From: Waddliaceae bacterium
GTDB lineage: Bacteria; Chlamydiota; Chlamydiia; Chlamydiales; SLFE01
Length of the DNA stretch: 64,000 bases
Assembly (NCBI GenBank): GCA_963783885.1
Contig: CAWAPJ010000010.1
Span: forward strand, 43,967-107,966
Direction: 5' to 3'
Shown: piece by piece, positions 20,309-30,618 of the stretch
Position numbering within the stretch: the first letter of the stretch is position 1
Layout of the letters: the number at the start of each line of letters is the position of its first letter
Program-made: the position numbers and the translations under genes
Notes under the pieces: generated by a model
Seen by the model: the letters and a program-made list of their open reading frames with translations, nothing else
Told to the model about the DNA's origin: nothing
The model's database searches: none

Positions 20309-20503
20309 ATGGTGCGAGTAAGAGTTCGGCCCGGCGAACCGATTGATAAAGCTCTTCGTTCATTAAAGAAGAAGCTTGATAAAGAAGGGGTAATGAAAGC
20401 GGTTAAAGCCCATCGGTATTATCTGAAGCCTTCGGTAAAAAAACGGGCTAAATCCAAAGCGGCGAAAAAATATCAGAAACAGCGCGACCAAAGACAACGC
20501 TAG
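20309..20503 (+). CDS. rpsU: 30S ribosomal protein S21
   Basis: [19 protein letters not shown]...[10 protein letters not shown]; precedes dnaJ as in Chlamydia. Confidence 0.95.
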   Translation: MVRVRVRPGEPIDKALRSLKKKLDKEGVMKAVKAHRYYLKPSVKKRAKSKAAKKYQKQRDQRQR

Positions 20504-20516
20504 CATTCGCTATCTT

Positions 20517-20560
20517 AACGCTAAAATCGTCACTCAATATTAAGATTTTAGCGTTGTTTT
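20517..20560 (+). terminator. Hairpin between rpsU and dnaJ
   Basis: AACGCTAAAATC / GATTTTAGCGTT 12-bp stem, 15-nt loop, followed by GTTTT. Confidence 0.5.
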
Positions 20561-20612
20561 GTCGTTAAACTTTTAAAACTTCCTCCAAGGAAAATACTCG
20601 CGGGGGTAAACG

Positions 20613-21785
20613 ATGCAAAATGCTATGGCAGATTATTACGAGATCTTAGGGATTTCAAAAGAGGCAACTTCAGAAGAAATCAAGAAGGCTTATCGTAAAA
20701 AAGCCCTAAAATTCCATCCTGACAAAAACCCCGGCGATTCTGATGCTGAAAAGAGATTTAAAGAGATTTCGGAAGCTTATGAGGTACTGAGCGACAAAGA
20801 CAAGCGCCGCATGTACGATCAGTATGGCAAAGCGGGTCTTGAAGGAGCCGGAATGGGCGCCGGCGGCCCGGGATTCTCTTCCATGGAAGAGGCGCTCCGC
20901 ACGTTTATGGGGGCGTTCGGCGGCATGGGCTCCGATAATATTTTCGACTCATTTTTCACGGCTGGAGGAATGGGACCCGGTTCTGCCGGCCGCACTCATC
21001 GTCAGCAGGGCGCCAGCAAGCGGGTGAACATTACAGTCTCTTTCGAAGAAGCTGCCAAAGGGGTTGATAAAGAGCTCGTTATCTCCACGAATATCACATG
21101 CCATACCTGCCGGGGATCCGGAGCCGCATCCTCCGATTCGATCCAGACATGTCCCCGCTGTCATGGGCAAGGGCAAATTTTTGAACAGCGCGGCTTTTTC
21201 AGCATGTCCATGACCTGTCCCGAGTGTCAAGGGGAAGGGCAGGTCATTAAAGAACCTTGCAAAACCTGCCGCGGTCAGGGGATGACAAAAGAAAAGCAGC
21301 ATGTCAAGGTTCATATTCCGCCGGGAGTCGACAGCGGAATGAGATTGAAAGTGAGCGGTTATGGCGACGCGGGATTCGGCGGAGGCCCTCCGGGTGATTT
21401 ATATGTCTTTATCAACGTCAAACCTCACGAACTCTTTGACCGTTCCGGAGACGACGTTATCCTTGACCTGCCGATTTCATTCCCCGAAGCCGCTTTGGGA
21501 TGCAAGAAAGAAGTTCCTTCGGTCATCGGGCACACATGCCGCATATCGATCCCCGAAGGGACGCAGAACGGCAAAATTCTTCGTGTCAGGGGCGAGGGTT
21601 TTCCCAATGTTCACGGATCCGGCAAGGGAGATCTTCTCGTCCGTATCTTTGTTGAAACTCCGACAAAACTTTCGGTAAAAATGAAAGAGATGCTCAAAGA
21701 ATTCGGAAAACTTCAGGGGCCGGCCAATCTTCCAAAAGGAAAGAGTTTCATCGACAAGATCAAAGACTTTTTTTCACCAATGTGA
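20613..21785 (+). CDS. dnaJ: Chaperone DnaJ
   Basis: J domain with HPD, G/F-rich linker, four CxxCxGxG repeats. Confidence 0.98.
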   Translation: MQNAMADYYEILGISKEATSEEIKKAYRKKALKFHPDKNPGDSDAEKRFKEISEAYEVLSDKDKRRMYDQYGKAGLEGAGMGAGGPGFSSMEEALRTFMGAFGGMGSDNIFDSFFTAGGMGPGSAGRTHRQQGASKRVNITVSFEEAAKGVDKELVISTNITCHTCRGSGAASSDSIQTCPRCHGQGQIFEQRGFFSMSMTCPECQGEGQVIKEPCKTCRGQGMTKEKQHVKVHIPPGVDSGMRLKVSGYGDAGFGGGPPGDLYVFINVKPHELFDRSGDDVILDLPISFPEAALGCKKEVPSVIGHTCRISIPEGTQNGKILRVRGEGFPNVHGSGKGDLLVRIFVETPTKLSVKMKEMLKEFGKLQGPANLPKGKSFIDKIKDFFSPM

Positions 21786-21837
21786 TTGCTAAAAACTTAG
21801 CGATCGTGTACCTTCCTGAAGTTTTTAGGGGGTAAGC

Positions 21838-22626
21838 ATGTATGTCGAATTAAAGAATGTTTTTGTCGACACCAATAATGCCGAAAAAAGTATCAGCCGA
21901 GATCTGGCGCATAATGCGAAAAATGAATTAAAATGGAACTATCAGTCATTTATTAATGAAAGATATTTACCAAAAGGATTAACGTTAAATGATATTGTTG
22001 ATGTTAAAAATTCTCCTCCAAAGAACGAACGGGAAAAAATTTGCCGTCGAACTTGTCAAAAAGGTGGAAAATACTGTACATCTCTGATAATCAACACTTC
22101 TGATGAACCTAAAACAAGCAAATGCCGCGGTATGTTTTTGGGTTTTGTCATTTCACCCAAAACCTGCAGATTGATCTCCAAATACTTTGTTGGACTGAAA
22201 AAGCTGACACTGAATTGCACTTTGGATAAAATATCCCTCAAAATTCTATGCGGCGGTTCCCTGAATAAACTCGAACACCTCAAATTGCATGATTGTTTCT
22301 GGCTCACGGACAGGTCATTGAGGTATTTGGAAAAACTTCCTCTGAAGAAGTTACAATTGAATAGATCAGGAAATATCAAGAAGGGGGTGTTGCATTTATC
22401 AAAATCTACAACGCTAAAAAATGTTGAGCTTGCTAATTTTTTAAAAGTAAATAATAAACTATTTCTCAAATTATTAACTGATCTGGCCTATCAGGCAACG
22501 TCCGTTTCTGTAAGGGGAAAATGCAAAGTCATTTTAAATGAGAAATTGGAAGAGGCGGTAAAAACAATGCTTGTAGATGACCAAATAAAAAGAGTGAAAA
22601 TACATGGGACAACCATTGTCGTCTAA
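21838..22626 (+). CDS. Leucine-rich-repeat protein (FBXL/AMN1-type LRRs)
   Basis: LEHLKLHDCFWLTDRSLRYLEKLPLKKLQL repeats; AT-rich. Confidence 0.6.
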   Translation: MYVELKNVFVDTNNAEKSISRDLAHNAKNELKWNYQSFINERYLPKGLTLNDIVDVKNSPPKNEREKICRRTCQKGGKYCTSLIINTSDEPKTSKCRGMFLGFVISPKTCRLISKYFVGLKKLTLNCTLDKISLKILCGGSLNKLEHLKLHDCFWLTDRSLRYLEKLPLKKLQLNRSGNIKKGVLHLSKSTTLKNVELANFLKVNNKLFLKLLTDLAYQATSVSVRGKCKVILNEKLEEAVKTMLVDDQIKRVKIHGTTIVV

Positions 22627-23491
22627 TTTATCTGCAGCAGAACAAGCACTGATCAATCATGTGTATAACCGCGGCACCGCAAGATATGCGGCGTTTCCTC
22701 TTCCAGGCGAGGACATAAGTAATTATGAAATAAGGAAAGAAGCGGCTCCCTTTTTTGACCAATGCCTTTCTACAAAAAGTGTTGGAATCAAGGCGTTGAA
22801 AAAGGGGGGAAGGGATATCAAAAGTCTATCGCTCAAGAAGCCTAAAGCAAAAGCCCATTTTTATAAGGGAGAAAAGCGGGTTAAGGGGTATCGATATTCA
22901 CAATTTATTTTATCGATAAAATCCGGGAAGATAATGGCTAGGTATTGTCAAAACCTAACCTATCTTTCGGTCCATTTTCAGATCACCGACAAAGCTCTCG
23001 CCCCTCTTTGTAAGCTGAGGGCGATATCGGTACTTGAATTAAACGATTGCCGCCTTTTGACACCCGAGGCGTTGAATTCAGTTTCAAAAATGGCGCCTCT
23101 TGAAAAGCTTGTATTGCGCCGGTCTGAAACATTGGGAGATCGCGGTGATCGGCTGGCTCTTCTTGGTAAATTAAATTCCCTGACCGATTTGAAGATCGGA
23201 GATTTTATTCAATTGAATCTAGAAACCGTTCTGACAATGCTAAGATCGTTGAATCTTGCAAAGTTAAATAAGTTTACGATTGAATCCTTTCATGACATCA
23301 TTTTAAATTCTCTCATGCGCTGTTGTATAAAGAATATTCTTAAAAAAATAAAGTCCCCGACACTTGTCAAAATTCAAAAAAAATCAACTTTGGTTGCAGA
23401 GATTAATCGGGATTTGCGCCTTTCTCAGGAAGAGATCAAACTTATCAGAAAGGAAAAAAAGATCCGGAAGTGGCACAAGATCTCAATCTAA
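22604..23491 (+). CDS. Leucine-rich-repeat protein, likely paralog of the upstream gene
   Basis: ITDKALAPL, LELNDCRLLTPEAL, LEKLVLRRS, LTDLKIGDF. Confidence 0.6.
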   Translation: MGQPLSSNLSAAEQALINHVYNRGTARYAAFPLPGEDISNYEIRKEAAPFFDQCLSTKSVGIKALKKGGRDIKSLSLKKPKAKAHFYKGEKRVKGYRYSQFILSIKSGKIMARYCQNLTYLSVHFQITDKALAPLCKLRAISVLELNDCRLLTPEALNSVSKMAPLEKLVLRRSETLGDRGDRLALLGKLNSLTDLKIGDFIQLNLETVLTMLRSLNLAKLNKFTIESFHDIILNSLMRCCIKNILKKIKSPTLVKIQKKSTLVAEINRDLRLSQEEIKLIRKEKKIRKWHKISI

Positions 23492-24261
23492 AAAGCTACG
23501 GCTTTGCTTACGCGGTCTTGCGGAGCGATGCTTAAATCAATTTGTTTTCCCTTGTTTCTGAGAGTCTGTGCGACGATGCTGAGCGCTGTTTCGGGCGTGT
23601 TGCATTCGCTCGACAGGTGGGCCAGGTGAACATGCTTGAGCTTGGGATGCCACACATCGGAAAGCAGATCGCCGCACTCATGATTGGAGAGGTGCCCCTG
23701 ACGTCCCAACACCCTTTGTTTGTATAACTGAGAGCGGGGAGAGGCGTGGACCATGGAAGGTTGGTGGTTGGCTTCCAAATAGAGGTAATCACATCCCTTA
23801 AGGTGATGTTTGACAAGAGGCGTGACAAATCCGAGATCTGCGCAAAATCCTATTTTCAGACTGCCGGTTCTCACGGTAAAGGCGACGGGATCGAGGGTAT
23901 CGTGCATCACGCTAAACGGCTGGATTTCAAGATCGCCATATTCAAACGTTTCACCTGTTGTGAAGATTTTGAATTTGGGACAGTCGTGAAAGGTTTCGAC
24001 AATGCCTTTGGCGGTTTCAGTATTGGCAAAAACAGGGATGCCATATCTATACGCCAAGACTTTCAGCCCTTGGATATGGTCGCCGTGGTCGTGGGTCACT
24101 AAAATGGCGTCGATGTCCGAGAGGTCGACATTGATTTCGGCAAGCCGTGTTTTGACAGCTTTTCCGCTGATTCCGGCATCGATCAGGATTTTTGTATTTT
24201 CCGTGCCGAAATAGATGCAGTTCCCTTTTGATCCTGAGGCGAGGGGGCAGAATCCTTTCAT
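23488..24261 (-). CDS. MBL-fold metallo-hydrolase (YycJ/WalJ-like)
   Basis: LASGSKGN, THDHGDH, DLG, LEANH, GHLSN, AHLS. Confidence 0.9.
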   Translation of the reverse strand: MKGFCPLASGSKGNCIYFGTENTKILIDAGISGKAVKTRLAEINVDLSDIDAILVTHDHGDHIQGLKVLAYRYGIPVFANTETAKGIVETFHDCPKFKIFTTGETFEYGDLEIQPFSVMHDTLDPVAFTVRTGSLKIGFCADLGFVTPLVKHHLKGCDYLYLEANHQPSMVHASPRSQLYKQRVLGRQGHLSNHECGDLLSDVWHPKLKHVHLAHLSSECNTPETALSIVAQTLRNKGKQIDLSIAPQDRVSKAVAF

Positions 24262-26699
24262 GTTTTCTCCGTTTGATCTTGGGAAGCGATCAGGATTTGC
24301 CTCGCCTTGCTGCCGTCGGGGGGGCTGACTACCCCTCCCTCTTCAAGCTGGTCCATGAGGCTGGCTGCCCGGGCGTAGCCGATTTTCAGTTTCCGCTGCA
24401 AAAACGTTGTCGAGGCGTTTCCGGTGCTGAGAATCACATCCAATGCCTGTTCGTAGAGGCTGTCGCGTTCATTCGATGGAGGATCAAACAGGTCCAGCCC
24501 CGGCTGATCCGATACGTTTTGGAAAGAGGGAATGCGGTAGTTCGGCGGTGCTTGCTCGGTGATGTGTTTGATTACCTCGAGGATGTCCTGGTCGCGTATA
24601 AAAGCCCCCTGTACGCGCGAGAGGTTCGCCGTTCCGGGGGGGAGGAAGAGCATATCGCCGTTGCCGAGAAGCTGCTCGCCTCCTGTAGTGTCCAAAATGA
24701 TTTTGCTGTTAATGCCGCTTGAAACTTTGAAGCAGATGCGGGTTGGGAAGTTGGCTTTGATCAGTCCGGTGATCACTTCCCGCGATGGTCTTTGCGTTGC
24801 CAGAATCAAATGGATGCCGACAGCTCTTGCCATTTGGGCGATCCTGGCGATAGGGGTTTCGATATCGTGGCTCGAGACCATCATCAGGTCGGCAAGTTCG
24901 TCGATAATACCAACGATATAAGGTAATTTTTCCGGAATATCGATTTTGAGTTCTTTTTCCCTTTCGTAGTCGGGCGTGCGGCAATTAAAGGAGTCAATAT
25001 TCCTCAAGTGGAGCTTGCCTAGAATTTCGTATCGTTTTTCCATCTCTTTTACAAGCCACTGCATCGCCGTGTAAGCTTCCTGAGGGTTTGTAATGACCGG
25101 AGCGATCATATGGGGAAGACGCGAGTAGGGTGTCAGTTCGACCTTTTTCGGGTCGATCATCAAAAGCTGGATTTCATCCGGTTTTGCGGTGTAAACAATC
25201 GACATGACGATTGTATTGATGCAAACTGATTTTCCCGAACCGGTGGCACCGGCGATAATCAAGTGGGGCATTTTTGCCAGATCGCTCATCACATAGTCGC
25301 CGCTTACCGATTTGCCGAGCAGCAGGGGAATCATATATTTCTTCGACTGCCTCTGATAAGCGTGAAGCATCTCCCTGAAGCTCACTTCCTGCGGATAGGG
25401 GTTGGGAACCTCGACGCCGACGGCCGCTTTTCCTGGGATGGGGGCGATAATACGAATGGAGGCGGCTTCCATATTGAGTGCGATGTCGTTTTCAAGGGCT
25501 TTGATTTTTTGCACTTTGACGCCGATTGCCGGATGCACTTCGAATGAAGTGATCGTTGGCCCGCAGTTGATCTGTCCTACTTTGGCCTCGATTCCAAAGC
25601 TGAGAAGGGTTTCTTCCAGGACTTCGGCCTGTCTTTTCAAGTCGTTTTTGAGGGAGGCCTGATCCACATTTTTCGGAGGAGTGATTAATTGTGTTCCGGG
25701 AAGTTTGAACTTTTTAAAATCGCCGTTCCATACCGACTGTGCTGTCAAGGCGGCTTCCCGTTTTGAGAGTTTTGGCTTTGGCGGAGTCGTCGTCTCTTCG
25801 CGGCAAAATGTCGGAGCGATAGCGGGATCGATCACTCTTTTATGAGAGAGGGAAGGCCGTTTCATCAATTCCCTTTGAGGCTCGATAGCCAGCATATCCT
25901 GATGCGCCATATTTTTTTTGGATGCAGGAGGGGTGTTTTCGATCACCTCCTGATTCCAGGAATGGTTGAATGAGGGTATGCGCAGCTTGACAAAGCGCAT
26001 GAAATCGCTTTCCTGTTCTTCGATGACTTCCACTTCCGCGACTCTCCATCGTCTGAATTTCGAAGCGGCCCAGAGCAGCCCGTCGGACAGCGGAATGTTG
26101 AAAAAGAACAGTAGACTTGCGAAGAACGTACTGGTAAAAATGATCATAACGCCAACGGAATTAAATACATGGCGCAAATTCACCGAAGGAAGGTCGGCAT
26201 AGAGATAGTAGAGGGGGAGGCCTCCCAGATGATAAGGGATTGCATACCTGGCGCCAGGAGGATAGAAGAATTCGGTCAGCTTTCTTCCGAATGAGGGATA
26301 TTCTTCTTCGGCCAGACTGAGGAGGACGCCCAAAGAAATTGCCAGGACGACAAAATATAGGATTTTGATATTTAGGTGTTTGATTTCTTTTTCGAATAGT
26401 TTCTGCCATCCGATCCACCAGGCAAAAATACAGACGAGGTAGCTTGTGATGCCAAGCGTGCTGTGCAGCATCCATCCTACAGTATAGCCGATGATGCCCA
26501 GCCAGTTGTGCGAGTGGTGGCCATAGGCGAAGCTGAAAAGGCTCAAAAATAGTATAAGGGCAAAGGCAAGTGTCAGAAAACCGGCGATTTCGGTCGTTTT
26601 GTGGTGGGCGTGGGGCTCGGGCTTCTTAGGGGTGTTTTCCCCCGCTTTCCGCTTTTTTCCCGTCTGCTTACGCTGTTTGTATTTCTTTTTTTTCGACAT
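24258..26699 (-). CDS. ftsK: DNA translocase FtsK
   Basis: N-terminal TM segments; AGATGSGKS, IDPK, DELADLMM, LATQRPS, gamma domain LQRKLKIGYARAA. Confidence 0.97.
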   Translation of the reverse strand: MSKKKKYKQRKQTGKKRKAGENTPKKPEPHAHHKTTEIAGFLTLAFALILFLSLFSFAYGHHSHNWLGIIGYTVGWMLHSTLGITSYLVCIFAWWIGWQKLFEKEIKHLNIKILYFVVLAISLGVLLSLAEEEYPSFGRKLTEFFYPPGARYAIPYHLGGLPLYYLYADLPSVNLRHVFNSVGVMIIFTSTFFASLLFFFNIPLSDGLLWAASKFRRWRVAEVEVIEEQESDFMRFVKLRIPSFNHSWNQEVIENTPPASKKNMAHQDMLAIEPQRELMKRPSLSHKRVIDPAIAPTFCREETTTPPKPKLSKREAALTAQSVWNGDFKKFKLPGTQLITPPKNVDQASLKNDLKRQAEVLEETLLSFGIEAKVGQINCGPTITSFEVHPAIGVKVQKIKALENDIALNMEAASIRIIAPIPGKAAVGVEVPNPYPQEVSFREMLHAYQRQSKKYMIPLLLGKSVSGDYVMSDLAKMPHLIIAGATGSGKSVCINTIVMSIVYTAKPDEIQLLMIDPKKVELTPYSRLPHMIAPVITNPQEAYTAMQWLVKEMEKRYEILGKLHLRNIDSFNCRTPDYEREKELKIDIPEKLPYIVGIIDELADLMMVSSHDIETPIARIAQMARAVGIHLILATQRPSREVITGLIKANFPTRICFKVSSGINSKIILDTTGGEQLLGNGDMLFLPPGTANLSRVQGAFIRDQDILEVIKHITEQAPPNYRIPSFQNVSDQPGLDLFDPPSNERDSLYEQALDVILSTGNASTTFLQRKLKIGYARAASLMDQLEEGGVVSPPDGSKARQILIASQDQTEKT

Positions 26700-26795
26700 G
26701 CTTCCCCACCAGAAAAGAGACTACCATACAAAATGCTTGGATTAAAATCTATATGTAACAAGCAAAGAACCTGTTGTAAAGAAAACTATAGAAAA

Positions 26796-26872
26796 TGGGG
26801 CGAACGACGGGATTCGAACCCGCGGCATCCGGAACCACAATCCGGCGCTCTAACCCCTGAGCTACGTTCGCC
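26796..26872 (-). tRNA. tRNA-His(GTG), encoded G-1 and CCA
   Basis: GGCGAACGTAGCTCAGGGGTTAGAGCGCCGGATT-GTG-GTTCCGG...GGTTCGAATCCCGTCGTTCGCCCCA. Confidence 0.95.
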
Positions 26873-26956
26873 GTAAGATCCCTATTTCCCACACTCTCTC
26901 GGGGAATTTGGGCAAGATGTTAATAATTTAGTATCTCTTGAGATTTTAGTCAATCC

Positions 26957-28423
26957 TTACAAATAAGTCAGCTCCCTCCTGCTTTCAAGCCATTGCCTGG
27001 AATAGATAGCTGCAAGGAAGAGCAGGCAGTAGATGAAAACAAGGAGAAAAGCGGGAAAATGATCGATTCTGACCCAGTAATCAAAGCTTGTGGGCAGGCC
27101 GTAGGTTAGGTTGAGGACAAATTCTGTATAGCTGCTGTTGAGTTGGTGGATAGGGGAAAAGCCGGTCAGAAGCCCTAGAATGAGGAGAAATATGGAGATG
27201 CTGACAAGAAAAGGAAAAAAAAGATTATAGGGAAGGCTCATCAGGGGAAATTTGTGGGTGATGAATAGAATGAGGGGGGCGGCCGATATCTGCACCGCAA
27301 GCATTAATGCCAGGCCTTGCCGCACAATTGAGCTCAGAATATACCCGTGCTGGCTTATCCGGTCCATTGCCAGAAGCTCGGAAAAGGGCCTTTTCGTAAA
27401 AAATCCTTGCAGAAGACGGTCTATCGGTTGATGAAAAACAAGGATCGAGGCCGTAACAAGAAAACTGAACTGAAATCCCAAGTGGAGGCAGTTGGTAGGG
27501 TCGTAGGCGAGGATGATAATCAAGGCCACGCCTAAAGAATTAAGCGCAGAGTTTTGTCTGGCAACTAGTGAGGAGAAAAAATAAACGGCTGCCATGATCC
27601 AGGCTCGGAAAATTGAGGGCGTTGCGCCCAGAAACATAAAATAACTTGTCAGAAGCAAGACGATGGCGGCGGCAGCTTTTTTTTCGGAGAGGACAAATTT
27701 CAGAATTGAGCTGACAATCAAGGCGGCTAAGGCAAAATGGAATCCCGATATTGCCATGATGTGTTGAAGGCCGAATCGGCTGAATTCGCGGACCATTGAC
27801 GGGTCGTCAAAGATACCCGTGGCGATACCGCTTAAGAATGCTGCGGCGTTTTGGTTTGGAATGCGCTTGGTGATCGCTTTTTTTAAACTCATTTTGGATT
27901 GATAGCGTTTTTCTGCCAGGCTCCATGTGTGCGGGACGGGATTCCATGGCACCCCCTTTATGGGAAAAAAACAGAATCGGCCGAATTGATTTTTTTTCAG
28001 GATGCCGCTCACTATGTAATCCTGGTTTGCCGGGTATTGATGGCCTGCCTTCAGAGTAAAAGGGATATTTTTCGCCGCAGGTCTATCGCCGCTAAAGAAT
28101 TGTTTAATGAAGCCCGAATAAACCACACCTTCAGAAAAGCTGCTTCGATAGGGCTTGAGCGAGCTGATTGTGATGCGGGCCGTCCCCTCGGCAGATGTCT
28201 CTTCGGGAAATTGATAGGTGATTTTTGTGAAGCAGAAAGCGGCAATGATCAAAATCAAGACTGGGATTCTCCTGCTTTTCAGAGGGGCGGCGATCAGAAT
28301 TGCGAAAACAGCGTGCCATGACTCTCCAAAGCCGATTGAAAATCCAAGATAAAGGGCCAGGCCGTAAACTAATGCGGGGGCTCTTTGAAAAAATGACTCG
28401 CAGGCCGAAAACATGACGTCCAA
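26957..28423 (-). CDS. comEC: ComEC/Rec2 family protein without the MBL domain
   Basis: FGLQHIMAISGFH, G.TPSIFRA, GFQFSF. Confidence 0.85.
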   Translation of the reverse strand: MDVMFSACESFFQRAPALVYGLALYLGFSIGFGESWHAVFAILIAAPLKSRRIPVLILIIAAFCFTKITYQFPEETSAEGTARITISSLKPYRSSFSEGVVYSGFIKQFFSGDRPAAKNIPFTLKAGHQYPANQDYIVSGILKKNQFGRFCFFPIKGVPWNPVPHTWSLAEKRYQSKMSLKKAITKRIPNQNAAAFLSGIATGIFDDPSMVREFSRFGLQHIMAISGFHFALAALIVSSILKFVLSEKKAAAAIVLLLTSYFMFLGATPSIFRAWIMAAVYFFSSLVARQNSALNSLGVALIIILAYDPTNCLHLGFQFSFLVTASILVFHQPIDRLLQGFFTKRPFSELLAMDRISQHGYILSSIVRQGLALMLAVQISAAPLILFITHKFPLMSLPYNLFFPFLVSISIFLLILGLLTGFSPIHQLNSSYTEFVLNLTYGLPTSFDYWVRIDHFPAFLLVFIYCLLFLAAIYSRQWLESRRELTYL

Positions 28424-28438
28424 ATTAACATTTGGCGG

Positions 28439-29044
28439 CTATAATTGCACTTCAAAAAGCGAAGGATGGCTTTCTCTGAACTCTTGGACATCGCGCTTAT
28501 TGAGATGTTGAAATATGCAGCTCAGCGCCATTCTTTCGATATCGTTGTTGCTCAATATTTTTGCAGAATGGCTTTCTTTTGGCAGCAGGGGGCCGTAAGG
28601 AGAGAAAGCGTCGGCCCGGAGTTTTTTCTTGACTCTAGTGGCATCGATGAGCGTCTGCATGCCCTTGCAAAAGGATTCGGCCTGGTCGATGCTTCCCACA
28701 GCGTGCCTAAGTCCCGAAGCGATGACAAGATGCTGATAGACAACCGTACTTTGGATATGATTGCCTTCAGTTAGGCTGGAGAACCGGATTTTTTTGGCTT
28801 TTCGATCAATGGAGATCAACCCTCCCATCATGACAAACGATCCATGGGCCAATTCGATAACAGTCTTGTCATCATTCAGGAGGTTTCTGTTAAGAGCTTC
28901 ATCTTTAATTTGATAAAGAATGGGTTTCATGCCTGACTGCGTTTTGTCGATCAGGACGATATCGGCGTAATAGATTTTGGATTCCGATCCCTTTAAGCCG
29001 TCCGGCAAATTGACTCCAATGATAATGGAGTGAGTAGGATCCAT
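28439..29044 (-). CDS. Conserved hypothetical protein, weak pyridine-nucleotide oxidoreductase-like motifs
   Basis: IVLIDK, YQHLVIASG; no GxGxxG. Confidence 0.5.
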   Translation of the reverse strand: MDPTHSIIIGVNLPDGLKGSESKIYYADIVLIDKTQSGMKPILYQIKDEALNRNLLNDDKTVIELAHGSFVMMGGLISIDRKAKKIRFSSLTEGNHIQSTVVYQHLVIASGLRHAVGSIDQAESFCKGMQTLIDATRVKKKLRADAFSPYGPLLPKESHSAKILSNNDIERMALSCIFQHLNKRDVQEFRESHPSLFEVQL

Positions 29045-29110
29045 ATTTTCCTTGTTAACAATTAATTCCTAATTTGATAGTGAAGGTAGTAAAGATATTT
29101 TTATAAGTAA

Positions 29111-29259
29111 AGAGGGACTTGCAAAACTTAAGGAAGACCGTTTTTTGGCTCTTTCACCGATCTTTGTCATTCGACTTTAAATCCCCTACTCTCAAGGAGT
29201 ATGTGGATTTAAAGTCGAATGACAAAAATCAGTTTTTCTTTAAGCTTTGCAGTCCCTCT
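29111..29259. repeat. 149-bp palindromic element (RPE/MITE-like, family A)
   Basis: Terminal arms AGAGGGAC(T)TGCAAA / TTTGCAGTCCCTCT; inner arms TTTGTCATTCGACTTTAAATCC / GGATTTAAAGTCGAATGACAAA. Confidence 0.85.
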
Positions 29260-29278
29260 AAAGAGAACTTTTCTTTTG

Positions 29279-30085
29279 TTGGAAAACCATATAAAAAAAT
29301 ATTTCTCCCAAGTTTCCGATGAACAGGAAGGAGGGAATTATTTCAAAGTGATTGTCCTTCATGATTCTCCGGATGTGTCGTGGGAGGATATTTCGACTTG
29401 CGTCCCGTCCCTTTCAAAGGGTTGGTATGAGCTTTCCAGACTGCAGCCATCCGACCGGGTGGAATTTACCAGAGATTATTGGATATCAAAACTTCCCTAT
29501 CACCCCACCAGTCTGGAATCAATCACCAGTTTCTTTGAGCGTATTGAAGATATTGGCATCGTTGTCGCCCAAAAACATTTCAATGACAGAAACCAGGCCC
29601 ACATGATTTATGCTCTGAAAGGGGAAAGTGGATTTTTTCACGGCGGCCCTGCGATGTCGGATGAAGAAAGCATGGCTCTGCAAAAGAGCTATGAAGATGT
29701 GATTCTCCCTGAAGATTATCTATCTTTTATGGAGATTCATAACGGTTTTTCCAAAACAACCGATACGGGGATCATTAGTACTAAAATGATGCCTTTGGTT
29801 TATCAGCGTTTTATATCCCTTGTCGATAAAGACAATCCCCCCTTGACAACAAAAGGCAAAAGCGTCAATCCTAGGTCTCTCATTCCATTCTATGAATCCT
29901 TTGGGATGCCCTTTTACCAGTGTTTCTGGAAAGACTGGTACTCCGAGAATGAAATGGGAAATGTGTATTATTCGGGATCGGCTCATACGATAAGCGATCC
30001 TGAAAACGGAGATTTAAGCGGAGACAGCATGGCCTTTCCGACATTTCTCGATTGGTTGTTCTTTTATTTGGAGATTATTAGTTGA
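29279..30085 (+). CDS. SMI1/KNR4-family protein (chlamydial conserved)
   Basis: LPEDYLSFMEIHNGF, LIPFYESFG, FPTFLDWL. The track start (29219) lies inside the palindrome; TTG at 29279 is more plausible. Confidence 0.75.
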   Translation: MENHIKKYFSQVSDEQEGGNYFKVIVLHDSPDVSWEDISTCVPSLSKGWYELSRLQPSDRVEFTRDYWISKLPYHPTSLESITSFFERIEDIGIVVAQKHFNDRNQAHMIYALKGESGFFHGGPAMSDEESMALQKSYEDVILPEDYLSFMEIHNGFSKTTDTGIISTKMMPLVYQRFISLVDKDNPPLTTKGKSVNPRSLIPFYESFGMPFYQCFWKDWYSENEMGNVYYSGSAHTISDPENGDLSGDSMAFPTFLDWLFFYLEIIS

Positions 30086-30618
30086 TCGCATTTTGGATTT
30101 CGACAGCGGTTTTGCTGCTGTTCATTTTGGCTATCGGGAGCATTGCGTATACCACTATCAGGCAGGGGATTTCTCCAATGCCTTCATCCTCTAAAGTTAA
30201 AGAGGCGATGAAAAGCGCCTTGCCTATGAAAATCGACGGGAAAATCTATGAACTTGGCTGTGGCTGGGGGGCGCTTGCCTTTCATCTGGCGAGTCTGCAC
30301 CCGGAAACAGAAATTTGGGCTTTTGAGGTGTCTCCCATTCCCTGGCTTATCGCTTATATCACTCAAAGAATTTACAAATTTGGCAATATCCGGCTTTATT
30401 GGGAAGACTTTTTCCGCATTTCTCTTTCCGACGCTTCGGTCGTTGTCTGTTATCTGTATCCCGGAGCTATGGAAAGGTTGAAAAAGAAATTCGAAAAAGA
30501 ACTCTCTCCCGGCACTCTGATCATCAGCAATACATTTGCCATTCCCGGCTGGGAGCCTGTGGATGTGCTTAAAGTCAGCGACCTCTATCGCACAAAAGTT
30601 TACGTTTATAGAAAGTAA
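30082..30618 (+). CDS. Class I SAM-dependent methyltransferase with N-terminal membrane anchor
   Basis: ELGCGWG, FEVSP, VVCYLYP, ISNTF. Confidence 0.85.
   Translation: MIAFWISTAVLLLFILAIGSIAYTTIRQGISPMPSSSKVKEAMKSALPMKIDGKIYELGCGWGALAFHLASLHPETEIWAFEVSPIPWLIAYITQRIYKFGNIRLYWEDFFRISLSDASVVVCYLYPGAMERLKKKFEKELSPGTLIISNTFAIPGWEPVDVLKVSDLYRTKVYVYRK

Noticed and set aside
20504-20612. CIRCE operator upstream of dnaJ
   Set aside because: No TTAGCACTC-N9-GAGTGCTAA; only a terminator-like hairpin
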